From the NCBI GenBank assembly GCA_965205865.1, contig CBDBHR010000030.1, positions 256,001 through 320,000 of the forward strand: DNA of 64,000 bases, given 5' to 3'. Source of the DNA: a bacterium (GTDB taxonomy: Bacteria; SAR324; NAC60-12). The notes beneath the pieces are model-generated. The model saw only the letters and a list, made by a program, of their open reading frames with translations, did no database searches and had not been told where the DNA came from. Below are positions 29,171-40,046 of this stretch, piece after piece (position 1 is the first letter of the stretch; the number at the start of each line of letters is the position of its first letter). A program made the position numbers and the translations under genes.

Positions 29171-30394
29171 ATGAACATCCTACAAACTTTTAAGGAACGT
29201 GGTTTTTTCCAACAATGCAACCATGAAAATTCCCTGGAAAAACGTTTAAAAGAAGGGCCGATTTGTTGCTATGTCGGTTTCGATCCCACGGCAGACTCCT
29301 TCCATGTGGGGCATCTGATTCCAATAATGGGACTGGCTCATCTGCAAAATGCCGGACACCGGGTCATCGCCCTCATCGGAGGAGGAACTGCACTGATTGG
29401 CGATCCCACTGGCAAAACGGAGATGCGGAAAATTCTCTCCCAAGACGAGATTGAATCCAATATAACCGGAATTCGCTCCCAGCTTTCCAGATTTTTGAAT
29501 TTTGAAGAAGGAGCCTCAGTGGTGAACAATGCCGATTGGTTGCGCACGCTCAATTATATTGATTTTCTTCGTGACATAGGCCGGTTTTTTTCAATCAGTC
29601 GTATGCTTTCCTTTGAGACTTATAAAATGCGCCTGGAGAAAGGATTGACTTTTCTGGAATTCAATTACCAGCCATTGCAAGCTTTTGATTTTCTGGAACT
29701 CTTTCGGCGGTATGGTTGCTTATTACAGTTGGGGGGAGACGATCAATGGGCCAACATCCTCTCCGGATGCGATTTGATCCGACGTGTGGCGAAGACTGAA
29801 ACCTATGCCCTCACCTACCCGCTTTTGACGCTCTCTTCTGGCAATAAGATGGGGAAAACTGAAAAAGGCGCAGTTTGGCTCAGTGCAGAAAAAACGTCTC
29901 CGTATGACTATTACCAATACTGGATCAACATTGAAGACGCGGATGTGCGGAAATGCCTGGCAATTTTTACTTTTTTGCCAATGGAAGAAATTGAATCCCT
30001 GAGTCGTTTAAAGGGGGCTGATGTTCGGCAGGCAAAAATGAGACTGGCTTATGAAGTAACTGCTTTGTTGCATGGAAAAATACAGGCACTGAAGGCTCAA
30101 AAAGCGGCAGAAGCCCTTTTTGGAGGTCGATCTAAAAACCTGGAGGGTGTCCCCTCCAGCATCTTCTCTGTCGAAGACCTGAAAGTGGGGATGGATTTGT
30201 TCAAGGCTTTTCATGAGGCAGGACTCTGCAAATCAAAAAGTGAAGCACGACGATTGCTGCGCCAGGGAGGGATTTACGTCAATGAAACGCGCATTGATGA
30301 TGAAGGATTTCAGCTAAATATTGGGCATTTGGCTGCAGGAAGCGTATTACTGAGGGCTGGGAAAAAACGCTATCATCGTCTTGTCTTTCAATGA
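29171..30394 (+). CDS. tyrS: Tyrosine-tRNA ligase
   Basis: YVGFDPTADSFHVGH, KMGKT, C-terminal S4 domain. Confidence 0.96.
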   Translation: MNILQTFKERGFFQQCNHENSLEKRLKEGPICCYVGFDPTADSFHVGHLIPIMGLAHLQNAGHRVIALIGGGTALIGDPTGKTEMRKILSQDEIESNITGIRSQLSRFLNFEEGASVVNNADWLRTLNYIDFLRDIGRFFSISRMLSFETYKMRLEKGLTFLEFNYQPLQAFDFLELFRRYGCLLQLGGDDQWANILSGCDLIRRVAKTETYALTYPLLTLSSGNKMGKTEKGAVWLSAEKTSPYDYYQYWINIEDADVRKCLAIFTFLPMEEIESLSRLKGADVRQAKMRLAYEVTALLHGKIQALKAQKAAEALFGGRSKNLEGVPSSIFSVEDLKVGMDLFKAFHEAGLCKSKSEARRLLRQGGIYVNETRIDDEGFQLNIGHLAAGSVLLRAGKKRYHRLVFQ

Positions 30395-30422
30395 TGCTTA
30401 TTTTATAAAACTCGTCTTGAAC

Positions 30423-30746
30423 TCAGTTGTCCCAAAAATGGATCAACGGGTCGATTTTTTCCAGATCATCTTCTTCACAGGGACTGGGCAGGCCGATTTC
30501 ATCGAATCCTTTGAAAACAAGCATTGGTCCCCAAAAAGTTTCATTGTTCAATTCCCATACAGTTTGCCGCCCCTGCCAGGCTCCTTCTCCATCTACATAA
30601 CCCATCAAGCTATATGGGAGATCAATCGCATCGGTAGCATCACACCTCAATAAATCGCACAGAGCATCGACATCCAGGTCTTCCACATCAATCATATCAA
30701 TTGATTGTTCATCCGGATCAATAAAAATATAAGGCCCTTGTTTCAT
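30423..30746 (-). CDS. Small acidic hypothetical protein
   Basis: 107-aa ORF with protein-like composition (YVDGEG); function unknown. Confidence 0.6.
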   Translation of the reverse strand: MKQGPYIFIDPDEQSIDMIDVEDLDVDALCDLLRCDATDAIDLPYSLMGYVDGEGAWQGRQTVWELNNETFWGPMLVFKGFDEIGLPSPCEEDDLEKIDPLIHFWDN

Positions 30747-30878
30747 AAACCCGAGTACAGAATGGAAATTGTAAGAATTGCGGCCACTTGGTTCCTTTCG
30801 GACTTCAGTCGGGCAGGTTGTATAATTCCTTTCGAATGATGTTCCATATTTATCTCGCGGAAATTAATACAAGCGTTT

Positions 30879-32552
30879 TCACTCCAGTTGTGATGAAGAT
30901 TGATAGGATGCCAGATCCAATTTGTGTTTATCGCTGAATTCATCGGCTTTGAATTGTTGGACATATCCTTCTAAGGTGGTGTTAACCCGGTCAAAAAAAG
31001 GCTGAGGATAGACCCCAAGGGCGACTGTGGCAGTGGCCAACGGCAATAGCAGGAGGATTTCACGTGGTGTCAAGTCCTTGAGGTTGGCAATGACATCGTT
31101 TTTGATGGGACCAAAAATGACGCGCTGGTACATCCACAGCATATAAATTGCGGCAATGACCACTCCAAGCGCCGCAACAATCGCGTAGTATATATTAAGA
31201 CGGGCGGCTCCCAGCATGACCATTAATTCCCCTACAAATCCATTCAATCCTGGCAATCCAATGGAGGCTAATGAGAAAAAGAGGAAGAACGCGGAAAAAA
31301 CTGGCATGGTATGGACGACGCCGCCATATTCCTTGATTTCCTGAGTGTGGGTCCGTCCATAAAGCATTCCCACACATAAAAACAAGGCGCCGGTTACCAG
31401 AGCATGGTTGATCATTTGAATCAATCCTCCCGCCATCCCCTGGATATTGAAGACGAATATCCCAAGGATAATATAACCCATGTGCGCCACAGAAGAGTAG
31501 GCAATCAGTTTTTTTAACTGAGGCTGTACCATGGCGACTAATCCTCCGTAAATGATTCCCACCAAACCAAAAATAATGATGATGGGCACGTAAAGGTCTG
31601 CTGCTTCCGGAAACATGGGAATCACAAAGCGGATGATGCCATAAGGCCCCAGCTTGAGGAGTAACCCTGCCAGTTCAACGGAACCAAGCGTTGGAGCTTC
31701 ATAGTGGGCGTCCGGAAGCCAAGTGTGAAAAGGAAACAACGGCGCTTTGATTGCAAAAGCCAAACAGAACCCGATGAACAACCACGTTTGCGCAGAGGCC
31801 GGTACGGATAGCCGGTACCAGTCCGGAATACTGAAAGACCACTGTCCGAAGGTCTCCTGGTAGAGAATTCCGGTATAAATCAGGGAAGCCAGCAAGAGCA
31901 GAGAGCCAAAAACGGTATAAATAAAAAACTTGGTGGTGGCGTAAATGCGGTTGCTTCCTCCCCAGATCCCAATCATAAAATACAGGGGAACCAGCATGAT
32001 TTCAAAAAACGTGTAAAATAGCACCGCATCCAGAGCCAGGAAAGAACCCAGAATTCCCACTTGCAGAAACATGATCTGAACCTGGAACGGCCAACTCCTC
32101 TCCTTGGTGTACCAAGTCGCCACCAAGGCGGGAGGCAACAGAAAGACTGCCGCTAAAACCAATCCCAGGCTGAATCCATCGATGCCCAGGTAATAGTGAA
32201 TCCCGAAACGCTCAATCCAGGGGATTTTTTCAACAAACTGGAATCCGTAAAAGGAGGGATTGAATTCGAGTGTCAAGTAGCCACAGAATCCCAGGGTCAA
32301 TAGACTGCTGAGAAAGGTGGCTACATCGGCAGATAGCCCTCCATATCCATTGCGTAAGAGAACAGCAAACAAGGCGCCGAGCAAGGGAGAAAAAATAATG
32401 ATGGTCAGAATGGGAAATCCGACACTGGCGGATGCGGTAATCTGGTTTGTTTCTGCAGCATGGACTGGGAGAGTAATGCCAAATACAACAAAAAGGGTGC
32501 TAAAAACAATGCTCCAACGGATGGATGTGCGTTTCATGAAAGTCCTTATCAA
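30879..32552 (-). CDS. nuoM: NADH-quinone oxidoreductase subunit M-like antiporter subunit
   Basis: LGIDG, FFEIMLVP, IKAPLFPFHTWLPDAH, LIAYSSVAHMG, GLPGLNGFVGE; the start may be ATG 32537. Confidence 0.88.
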   Translation of the reverse strand: MIRTFMKRTSIRWSIVFSTLFVVFGITLPVHAAETNQITASASVGFPILTIIIFSPLLGALFAVLLRNGYGGLSADVATFLSSLLTLGFCGYLTLEFNPSFYGFQFVEKIPWIERFGIHYYLGIDGFSLGLVLAAVFLLPPALVATWYTKERSWPFQVQIMFLQVGILGSFLALDAVLFYTFFEIMLVPLYFMIGIWGGSNRIYATTKFFIYTVFGSLLLLASLIYTGILYQETFGQWSFSIPDWYRLSVPASAQTWLFIGFCLAFAIKAPLFPFHTWLPDAHYEAPTLGSVELAGLLLKLGPYGIIRFVIPMFPEAADLYVPIIIIFGLVGIIYGGLVAMVQPQLKKLIAYSSVAHMGYIILGIFVFNIQGMAGGLIQMINHALVTGALFLCVGMLYGRTHTQEIKEYGGVVHTMPVFSAFFLFFSLASIGLPGLNGFVGELMVMLGAARLNIYYAIVAALGVVIAAIYMLWMYQRVIFGPIKNDVIANLKDLTPREILLLLPLATATVALGVYPQPFFDRVNTTLEGYVQQFKADEFSDKHKLDLASYQSSSQLE

Positions 32553-33034
32553 GTTTTTTAAAAAAATAGTGACCCAACAAAAGTATCAATTGGCTATTTG
32601 AGGATTTGGCTTAGTTGCCATCAGCGGGACGGTGTTAGATAACACTATGCGAATCTCTTACTATAATCTATTGTCAAGACGTTTAAAATACAATCCATTG
32701 AACAATTTTCAATAGCAAAATAGTAGCCTGCGACTTTCTGTTTTTTTTATTTCTGGCTCGACTGGGAATCCAGTGGCATTCCACGCCATGCAGTTTATTG
32801 ATTCAAGATCGGTTTCTGGATTACAAATCATTGAAATTATTAATTATTCTAAAAAATACAGAGAAAATCACACCCAACTAGATTGTTGCAGCATGAAAAT
32901 ATGACGAACGGACAGTAAAATGTCCAGTTTTCTATGAGAAATCCGGAGAAAAGGAAATTGTAGCGGAATCTACCCCATTTCCCAATGTACAGGTACTGTC
33001 AGACGCATTTGGGTTCCCGTTTGATGTGATTGGT

Positions 33035-36000
33035 TTAACCATAAGAAGCATGGGGATTAAAACAGACCACTGCAGCGGTCGTACTGGTGGGAAAAAACTC
33101 ATGAGCATCAGTCAGTGAAATCCCCAATTCTTCGGCGCGTAATAAATCATAGATTACTTTGTTGATAAACACGTTCCGCAATCCCGGATAGGCGGGGCTG
33201 TAACGGGTACCAACGAGAGGGTTGGTCTCTGTTTTGTGACGTAGGCAATCGTGCAGGTAGGATGCCATATCTTCCGCGACCCGGTCTGAAAGCCCTTGCA
33301 GAAAGAGTGACGATTCGCTGTCCCCGTCTTCCTTGAATTTTTCAACTGCTTGCGGGCTTTCTTGTCCACCTGTTGAAATTTGCAAAGCAATGACATCCAT
33401 TTTGCCACTGGAACGAGGAAGAAAAAATTGAGCGGCTGAAAAGATATCCCGGTTCCCTTTTCCCACTACAACCGTGAAATCGATGGCGGCAATTTCTTTT
33501 TCCAAGTTAGCAGGATCATATACAATCACCTCATCGCCTTCTGCTTGACAAGGAAAAAGACCGATTTTCCCCTGAGGTACAATCCACTGATTACGATGGG
33601 CGTCTTGGACCCACTTTTCTTTGAGTTTTTCCACGTCCTGAACCGTGAAACCTTTTTTTTCCCAAGCACTTTTTCGTCCAAGCTTCCAATTGAGAGCATA
33701 GAGCGTTTTCGTATCCAGGGAAAGCTCAGGAAGAGGAAGGTAGATGCTTTCGAGGCAATAAGTGACAGCAGGGGCCTGATAATCCTCAAATGGCACTTTT
33801 CGTCGGGGTAATGTCGCCAACAGCGATTCCAACTTTTCGTTTTGCTGTTTGGCGCGCAAATAATACTTTTTCAGCTCCTCGGCATTTCTTTGAGTGAACG
33901 TTTCCCGATTCTCCGACTGCAAGAGTTTCATGACATTCACTCCGTCCATCCCGGATTGACAATAAAAAACATCCTCCTTGATTTCATCCAGGTCTTCTTG
34001 TCCTGCCATCGCTACATACCCGGCATGCCTTTTACTGACAGGTGCGCCTCCAATGAGAACAGGAATGGTCATGTCGGCATCTTTCATCATCTTCACCACC
34101 GTGATCATGTGATTGGATGTTTGCACAAGCAAGGCACTCAAACCGATGGCATCGGCTTTTTCAGCCTGTGCCGTGGTCAGGTATTTTTCCAGTGGAACCT
34201 GTACACCCAAATCAATAACACGGTAACCATAATTCTCAAAAAGGGTCTTGGCTAAATCTTTTCCTATACTGTGTACATCTTGGTAGACGGTCCCAAGCAC
34301 GATGGTTCCCTGTGAGTTAATCCCTTCCGTGATATCCACCCCCGCCTTTTTTTTCATGTAAGTTTCCAAGAAACTCATGACCTGCTTCATCACGTCTGCA
34401 GACTTGAGCAAATGAGGGAGTGAGACCTCCCCGCGACCAAAACCATCTCCCAGATCCTGCATGGCCACCATCAGGTAATCATTGATCAAATCCAGCGGAG
34501 CAATATCCTGAATGATTTCTCTGACTTGAAGGACAATTTTATCCTGATAATCAAATGTCATTCCCTCCACTTCCAATTTTCCGGGAATCCGTTCTTTAAA
34601 TCCATCCTTTATTTTTTCAGAGACTGCAGTGATTAAGGGCAAATCCTTGTAATTGCTGCGACGCGCCTTAATTTTCCCCCGTTTGGCTTGTGCGATCTCC
34701 TCCAATGTCTCAAAAGCCTCCATGTCGCGTTCCAGAATAATTTTCAATCCCAATTGATAGTCAGGGGCATCGAGGCTTTCCACAGGAACATAGTGATTGG
34801 GATTGACAATGGCTGCGTCCAGCCCCTTTCTGCGAGCTTCATCAAGAAACACGGAGGTGAGGACCACTCGCATGTAAGGCTTTTTGGCCAATCCATTGGT
34901 CAAGTTTCCCACGCCGATGGTAGTCCGCAGATCGGGATGGATAGATTTGATGCGGGGAATCGCGTTCAAAGACTCAACAGCAAAATTTGCGCCTTCCACC
35001 GACTCTGCTCCGATGGGGAAGGCATTGATGTCAACGAGCAATTGATCGGGTGTCACTCCATGTTTGGCGCAACTCTCCACAATCTGTTGGGCCAAATCAC
35101 ATTTGTCTTCAACAGTCAAACCAGGTCCTTTAGGACCCGTTGCCAGACAAATGTAGAGCGGATGGTGGAATTTTGTAAGCGGTACCAAGGCATCCACTTT
35201 GCTCAGCCCCGTTTGATATTCTTCCATGGAAATGGAATTGATGATTGGTCTGCCAGGATAGACTTTGATGGCTTCCGTCAATGCAGCCACATCGAACGAG
35301 TCCAGACAAAATACTCCGGAAAAATCCGTCGTCAAATGCTGAATCACTCGCGGAAGGGTTTCCACAGTATCCACCAGATTGGAATCCATACAAATGTCAA
35401 CGATCGATACGCCCAATTCCTTGACTTGCTCATTGACCACCTCTTCCAATACATCGTAATTGATTGCCTGGTTTTCATTTTCAACCGCTTCCCTCACTTT
35501 TTGGGACCCTCGCACATTGAGACGCTCTCCAATTCGAATCAAATTCTCCGTTCCGTCCACTAAGATCGCGTTTTGGGCCCCGGAAACATAGTCACCTTGC
35601 TCAATTATTCGGTTGGCAGGCTGTTTGCCATCAACGGCATCCGCTATTGCTCGAATGTGTTCCGGCGTCGTACCGCAACATCCACCGATGAGGTTGACGC
35701 CATGTTTTTCAACAAACATTCGTAACTGTTCAGCAATGGATTGAGGGCCCACTTTGTATACGGTTTGGCCATTTTCAGAGACGGGCAGTCCTGCATTGGG
35801 TACGACTGAAATCGGTAATTTGCAGTAACGAGAGATTTTTTCCACAGTGGGAATCATCAAGTCCGGACCAATGGAGCAATTGATGCCAAAAACATCGATG
35901 CCGATGTCTTGAACGGTGGTAAGCGCAGCATGAATATCCGTGTTGAAAATTTGCATTTTACAAAATTCGTCAACAGTCACCTGAACCATGATAGGGAGCC

Positions 36001-36640
36001 GAATCCCTTTTTCCGCCATCGCCCTCAACCCTCCGGCCACTGCTGCTTTAACTTCTAAAATGTCCTGCTGCGTTTCGAAGAGGAGCGCATCCACCCCACC
36101 TGCCAGCAATCCCCGTATTTGGTGATAAAAATTTGCCTCAACTTGATCCCAATTCCCTTTGTTCAAGTTGGCCGTCGTGCTTGACAACACCCAATTGGAA
36201 GGACCAATGGAACCCAGAACAAACAATGGCCGGCTGTCATATTCCTCAGAGTCCTGATGCTCTTCCAATGCCATGCGCGCTATCTGGGCGCCAATGAGGC
36301 TGGAATAGTACGCGAGCTCTTCGAAAGACAATTTGACCAGATCCAGATCATAGGGGATGCGTTGAAAGGCGCTTGTATCGATCTTTTTAAAGTCGAAATC
36401 TCCCAGCCTCAAGGGACTTGAGCCAAAAGTGTTGGTTTCCACAGCATTGGCTCCTGCTCGAAAATAGTCTAGATGGATGTTTTTTACAGCATCAGGCTGC
36501 GAAAAATTCAACAGATCGGTCAACATGCGAAATGCAGAACCGCCAAAATCCGCATCATGGAGCCCCAAGTTCTGGATCATTGTGCCCATAGCGCCATCCA
36601 GCACAATGACCTGGGATTTTAATGCGTCTAAAAATTGCAT
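33035..36640 (-). CDS. metH: B12-dependent methionine synthase
   Basis: LDGAMGT, GINC, GGCCGTTP, pterin-binding IGERLN, DVHSIGK, RYSPAYP. Confidence 0.93.
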   Translation of the reverse strand: MQFLDALKSQVIVLDGAMGTMIQNLGLHDADFGGSAFRMLTDLLNFSQPDAVKNIHLDYFRAGANAVETNTFGSSPLRLGDFDFKKIDTSAFQRIPYDLDLVKLSFEELAYYSSLIGAQIARMALEEHQDSEEYDSRPLFVLGSIGPSNWVLSSTTANLNKGNWDQVEANFYHQIRGLLAGGVDALLFETQQDILEVKAAVAGGLRAMAEKGIRLPIMVQVTVDEFCKMQIFNTDIHAALTTVQDIGIDVFGINCSIGPDLMIPTVEKISRYCKLPISVVPNAGLPVSENGQTVYKVGPQSIAEQLRMFVEKHGVNLIGGCCGTTPEHIRAIADAVDGKQPANRIIEQGDYVSGAQNAILVDGTENLIRIGERLNVRGSQKVREAVENENQAINYDVLEEVVNEQVKELGVSIVDICMDSNLVDTVETLPRVIQHLTTDFSGVFCLDSFDVAALTEAIKVYPGRPIINSISMEEYQTGLSKVDALVPLTKFHHPLYICLATGPKGPGLTVEDKCDLAQQIVESCAKHGVTPDQLLVDINAFPIGAESVEGANFAVESLNAIPRIKSIHPDLRTTIGVGNLTNGLAKKPYMRVVLTSVFLDEARRKGLDAAIVNPNHYVPVESLDAPDYQLGLKIILERDMEAFETLEEIAQAKRGKIKARRSNYKDLPLITAVSEKIKDGFKERIPGKLEVEGMTFDYQDKIVLQVREIIQDIAPLDLINDYLMVAMQDLGDGFGRGEVSLPHLLKSADVMKQVMSFLETYMKKKAGVDITEGINSQGTIVLGTVYQDVHSIGKDLAKTLFENYGYRVIDLGVQVPLEKYLTTAQAEKADAIGLSALLVQTSNHMITVVKMMKDADMTIPVLIGGAPVSKRHAGYVAMAGQEDLDEIKEDVFYCQSGMDGVNVMKLLQSENRETFTQRNAEELKKYYLRAKQQNEKLESLLATLPRRKVPFEDYQAPAVTYCLESIYLPLPELSLDTKTLYALNWKLGRKSAWEKKGFTVQDVEKLKEKWVQDAHRNQWIVPQGKIGLFPCQAEGDEVIVYDPANLEKEIAAIDFTVVVGKGNRDIFSAAQFFLPRSSGKMDVIALQISTGGQESPQAVEKFKEDGDSESSLFLQGLSDRVAEDMASYLHDCLRHKTETNPLVGTRYSPAYPGLRNVFINKVIYDLLRAEELGISLTDAHEFFPTSTTAAVVCFNPHASYG

Positions 36641-36647
36641 GATATTT

Positions 36648-37571
36648 TTATGTTTGATAGTGTTTCACCCCGCTGGCCAAAATAACTCGGAATACTTCTC
36701 CCCACCGTTGGGGATTGCTTTCCACGACAATAGACTGTAAATTCGATCCGGTCATCATCTCACGTAATACATCCTGCTCAAACCCCAGCCAGACGTGTCC
36801 TAGTTTTTCACGGACCCATTCCTCCTGATGTGGAGCCAACTCCATCACCGCCAAACGCCCTCCCGGTTTTAATATGCGCACTGCTTCAGCCAATCCAATC
36901 CGAGGTTCTTGCAGGTGATGTAGGGACTGGGCAAACAGGGCGAAATCAACGGAGTCGGAAGGAATGGATAAGGCTTCGATTCGTTCTTCCAGAAACTTGA
37001 CTGCTTTGAGATTTTGACGGTTCATCCGCTCTCGGGCTTCTGCCAAGACCCTGGCATTGTTGTCTACCGCAATCACCGAATGGGCAAATCGCGCCATTTC
37101 CGCAGTTATCGTACCATCGCCGCATCCCAGATCGACCACATCCAGGCCGGGCATGAAAAAACCCAATGTTCGTGACCAAGTCAACCAAGACTGTCCTGGT
37201 TCCAACAACCGTTCGTTTAAGCCAGAAATACTGTCTTCCCGCTGGCGTAATATTTCTTTCAGTCGAACTTCATCCCGAAACGGATCTTGCAATGCCAATA
37301 ATTGTTCTTGCAGAAAATTCCAAAGTAGCTTCAACTCAGGATCAAGACCTTTGGCATCAATCAATTGATAGTAACTCCACACGCCATTTTTCCGCTCCGT
37401 CAACAATCCCTGTTGTTTTAAATGACTCAAGTGCCTGGAAACCCCGGATTGCGCCAGTCCTAAGATGGATGTCAATTCACTCACATTCAGTGGTACCCGG
37501 GCTGTCAGATTGAGAATTCTCAATCGTGTTTCATCCCCGATAACTCGAATCGCTTGGCTTACTCTTTCCAC
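36648..37571 (-). CDS. ArsR-HTH + SAM-methyltransferase regulator (SahR-like)
   Basis: TRLRIL...QSGVSRHL; VDLGCGDG; LHH; immediately upstream of metH. Confidence 0.88.
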   Translation of the reverse strand: MERVSQAIRVIGDETRLRILNLTARVPLNVSELTSILGLAQSGVSRHLSHLKQQGLLTERKNGVWSYYQLIDAKGLDPELKLLWNFLQEQLLALQDPFRDEVRLKEILRQREDSISGLNERLLEPGQSWLTWSRTLGFFMPGLDVVDLGCGDGTITAEMARFAHSVIAVDNNARVLAEARERMNRQNLKAVKFLEERIEALSIPSDSVDFALFAQSLHHLQEPRIGLAEAVRILKPGGRLAVMELAPHQEEWVREKLGHVWLGFEQDVLREMMTGSNLQSIVVESNPQRWGEVFRVILASGVKHYQT

Positions 37572-37629
37572 GGTGACGGCCTGGTCGTGTTATAGTTTTA
37601 TCCTTCAAAGCACTGAATATATCTATTGT

Positions 37630-37653
37630 ATCACTAAATGTAAATATAGTGAT
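37630..37653. promoter_or_regulatory. Candidate operator palindrome
   Basis: ATCACTA-N10-TAGTGAT upstream of the ArsR-MTase gene. Confidence 0.35.
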
Positions 37654-37732
37654 TTATGCTTAAATTTTACCCAATGATTTTTCCAGAAAAAAGGAAAAGG
37701 GTTGTGAGTGTGTTTAGTTTTCCGATGTACAC

Positions 37733-39505
37733 TTACAAGGCTTGATCCAATGACTCAATGACCGGCTTAATCTGCTGCTCGCATCCTACGGAGAGCCGGA
37801 TCAAATAACGAGGGAGTCCAATTGCATCCAAGCTTTCATCAGACTCATGAAAGTGGGCTAACAGAGTATATGGACAGAGGATCGTTTTATTTGATCCCAG
37901 ACTGGGGGCTTTTAAAATATGGGGAAGCGGAGCATCATAAAAATGGCGCAGTCCTTCCAACCCAGAACGTTTCAAAGTAAAGCTCATCACACTGCCGGGA
38001 CCTTTTAGCAAACGTTGTGAAACGTGATAGCTGCGATGCGAGGGCAATTTGTGAAAGTATAACCTGGCTATGCCGGGATGTTGCTGAAGAAAATCCGCCA
38101 CTTGCATTGCATTTTTCCGGAAGCGTCGCATCCGTTCCTCAAAATCCTGCATCCGCTCCCACAAAACAGCACTCTCCAGGGAAGAAAGCTCATTACCCCA
38201 TTGCTGCTGGTATTTTCTGATTCGAGTTGCCATTTCCGCATCATTCAGCAAGACCACTCCGCCTGCATGATCGTTCATTCCGTTGAAAAATTTAGTGGTG
38301 CTGTGTAACACTAAATCTACTCCCAGATTGAGTGGCTTACAGTTGCTGGGAGTTGCAAAAGTATTGTCGACAATCACCGGAATTTGACGCGGTCGGGCCC
38401 TATCGAGAATCGCTTCCAAGTCCGGCACGTCATTGAGTGGATTTGTAATGGTTTCGGTTATGATGGCTGCGGTTTGGTCGCTCATGGCGTCTGGAAATCG
38501 GGCCATATCATCCACTCCGATAAAATGATTCTCTACAGGTACCCGCTGCTTGGCATGAGTCAAGATCGCATAAGTGTCGGTATAAAGATGGCCGACTGCA
38601 ATGATTTGCGCTTTTCCCGGACGCCTCAACAGATTCAAAAGGGTGCTGATCGCTTGCATACCGGAAGGAAACAAAAAGCCATAACGCGCGTTTTCCATTT
38701 CACAAAATTGTTGAATCAATTCCTCTTTATGAGAATGCGACGTCGCTTCCAATTCCCCCAAAAAATGAGCAGCATCCCGGATCGAAAGGACTGGTCCCCG
38801 CTGAATACGAAATGTTTTCAACTCTTCCATCTGACGATCCAGATTGCTGAGAAGGACTCCCGCATTGATCGCTTGGTTCGCTTGGTTTAATGGAAAAACC
38901 CAATAGTTGACCAGACTGGAGGGCCATTGTTTTTCAGGAAATCCTCCTGAAAGCATTAGGATGGGGATTCGGTAGGATTTTACTTCCTGTAAAAAACATT
39001 CATGAGTTTCCATAAAAACAAAAGGATCCCGGACATTGACGAGCAACAGTTCGTCTTTTTCTTTGGAGAAAGGATGCAGTGATTTAAGTTGGGCAGGCGT
39101 TACCGGGAAAATCTTGGTATTCAATGCGGAGAGAGAGGCCTTGATGGAAAAAGGCGCTCCGGCTGCCAAGTCTGTAACCACTTTGAGCCTCATCTGAGGT
39201 TTCGCGAGAAGCAGATAGTCCAACAATTCCAATGCGGCAGATTTAAAAGACGTATAAAGCAAACAATGACGAATCTGATAATGAAATTGCAAACCCTCTT
39301 GAATCCTGCGCAATTGGGGATTGTCGATTATCCGGTAATACCCGAAGTTAAAATTGCAATGACCCTCTTGCCAATCGATGATTTCGTCAAGTGTGGGGAT
39401 GGTGGCCGTGATTGAAAAAGGTCCGCTGACTGGCTCTGCTTGACGTCTTGATTTGTCGGGAAATGGATTTCGCGGAAGAGGAAAAGGAAAGCGGGTCTTG
39501 TTCAT
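37733..39505 (-). CDS. PLP-dependent trans-sulfuration enzyme (cystathionine gamma-synthase-like, long form)
   Basis: FPSGMQAI, ETITNP, VDNTFATP, HSTTKF (PLP Lys), PSLG, IRLSVG; extra ~260-aa N-terminal region. Confidence 0.8.
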   Translation of the reverse strand: MNKTRFPFPLPRNPFPDKSRRQAEPVSGPFSITATIPTLDEIIDWQEGHCNFNFGYYRIIDNPQLRRIQEGLQFHYQIRHCLLYTSFKSAALELLDYLLLAKPQMRLKVVTDLAAGAPFSIKASLSALNTKIFPVTPAQLKSLHPFSKEKDELLLVNVRDPFVFMETHECFLQEVKSYRIPILMLSGGFPEKQWPSSLVNYWVFPLNQANQAINAGVLLSNLDRQMEELKTFRIQRGPVLSIRDAAHFLGELEATSHSHKEELIQQFCEMENARYGFLFPSGMQAISTLLNLLRRPGKAQIIAVGHLYTDTYAILTHAKQRVPVENHFIGVDDMARFPDAMSDQTAAIITETITNPLNDVPDLEAILDRARPRQIPVIVDNTFATPSNCKPLNLGVDLVLHSTTKFFNGMNDHAGGVVLLNDAEMATRIRKYQQQWGNELSSLESAVLWERMQDFEERMRRFRKNAMQVADFLQQHPGIARLYFHKLPSHRSYHVSQRLLKGPGSVMSFTLKRSGLEGLRHFYDAPLPHILKAPSLGSNKTILCPYTLLAHFHESDESLDAIGLPRYLIRLSVGCEQQIKPVIESLDQAL

Positions 39506-39526
39506 ATAAGGTCTGGAATGAGGTGA

Positions 39527-39994
39527 TCAATCAATTCGAGTGATGTCAAAGTTTTTTGTTTTCAGATTGAACATGACGAGAACAGCGCCGTCTCGTTTGC
39601 CATTCTTGATGCCGCAGATCAGGTAATGGAGATCAGGATGTCTTGGTTCTCCATTCCACAAGGCATCTTCCTTGTCTTTGTCGGAGAAATAAGCCCCCAC
39701 GTCGGGATGCGTATGGAAGATGATTTTGACGCGGCATTGCTGCTTTTTTAAATCACGTTCCAGTTTGATTTGTTGTAGCGGATCGATCATATAGGCATTG
39801 CGGTTGGTACGGGGGTACAAGTCAGGATTTTCTGCGTGATAATCATTCATGACATTTTTCATGGAATGCACTTGGTCGAGATGATTATCAATGTCCACTT
39901 TTCCGCTGATCATGCCACATGCTTCTTCCGGATATGCTGCGCAACCAAACGTATAGCACTTTTCCAGGATATGTAGGTTGAATGGAATCATCAT
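39527..39994 (-). CDS. JAB/MPN (Mec-like) metallopeptidase
   Basis: YPEEACG...HTHPD..AYFSDKD. Confidence 0.88.
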   Translation of the reverse strand: MMIPFNLHILEKCYTFGCAAYPEEACGMISGKVDIDNHLDQVHSMKNVMNDYHAENPDLYPRTNRNAYMIDPLQQIKLERDLKKQQCRVKIIFHTHPDVGAYFSDKDKEDALWNGEPRHPDLHYLICGIKNGKRDGAVLVMFNLKTKNFDITRID

Positions 39995-40046
39995 ATTTCT
40001 GATTCTCGGAATTTTTTCAAGGATACGGCAATGGCCCCGTCAACTT

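Noticed and set aside
34688-35563. 291-aa plus-strand ORF and other long antisense ORFs (e.g. 27654-28409, 59429-60391, 61494-62396)
   Set aside because: Shadows of well-supported genes on the opposite strand.
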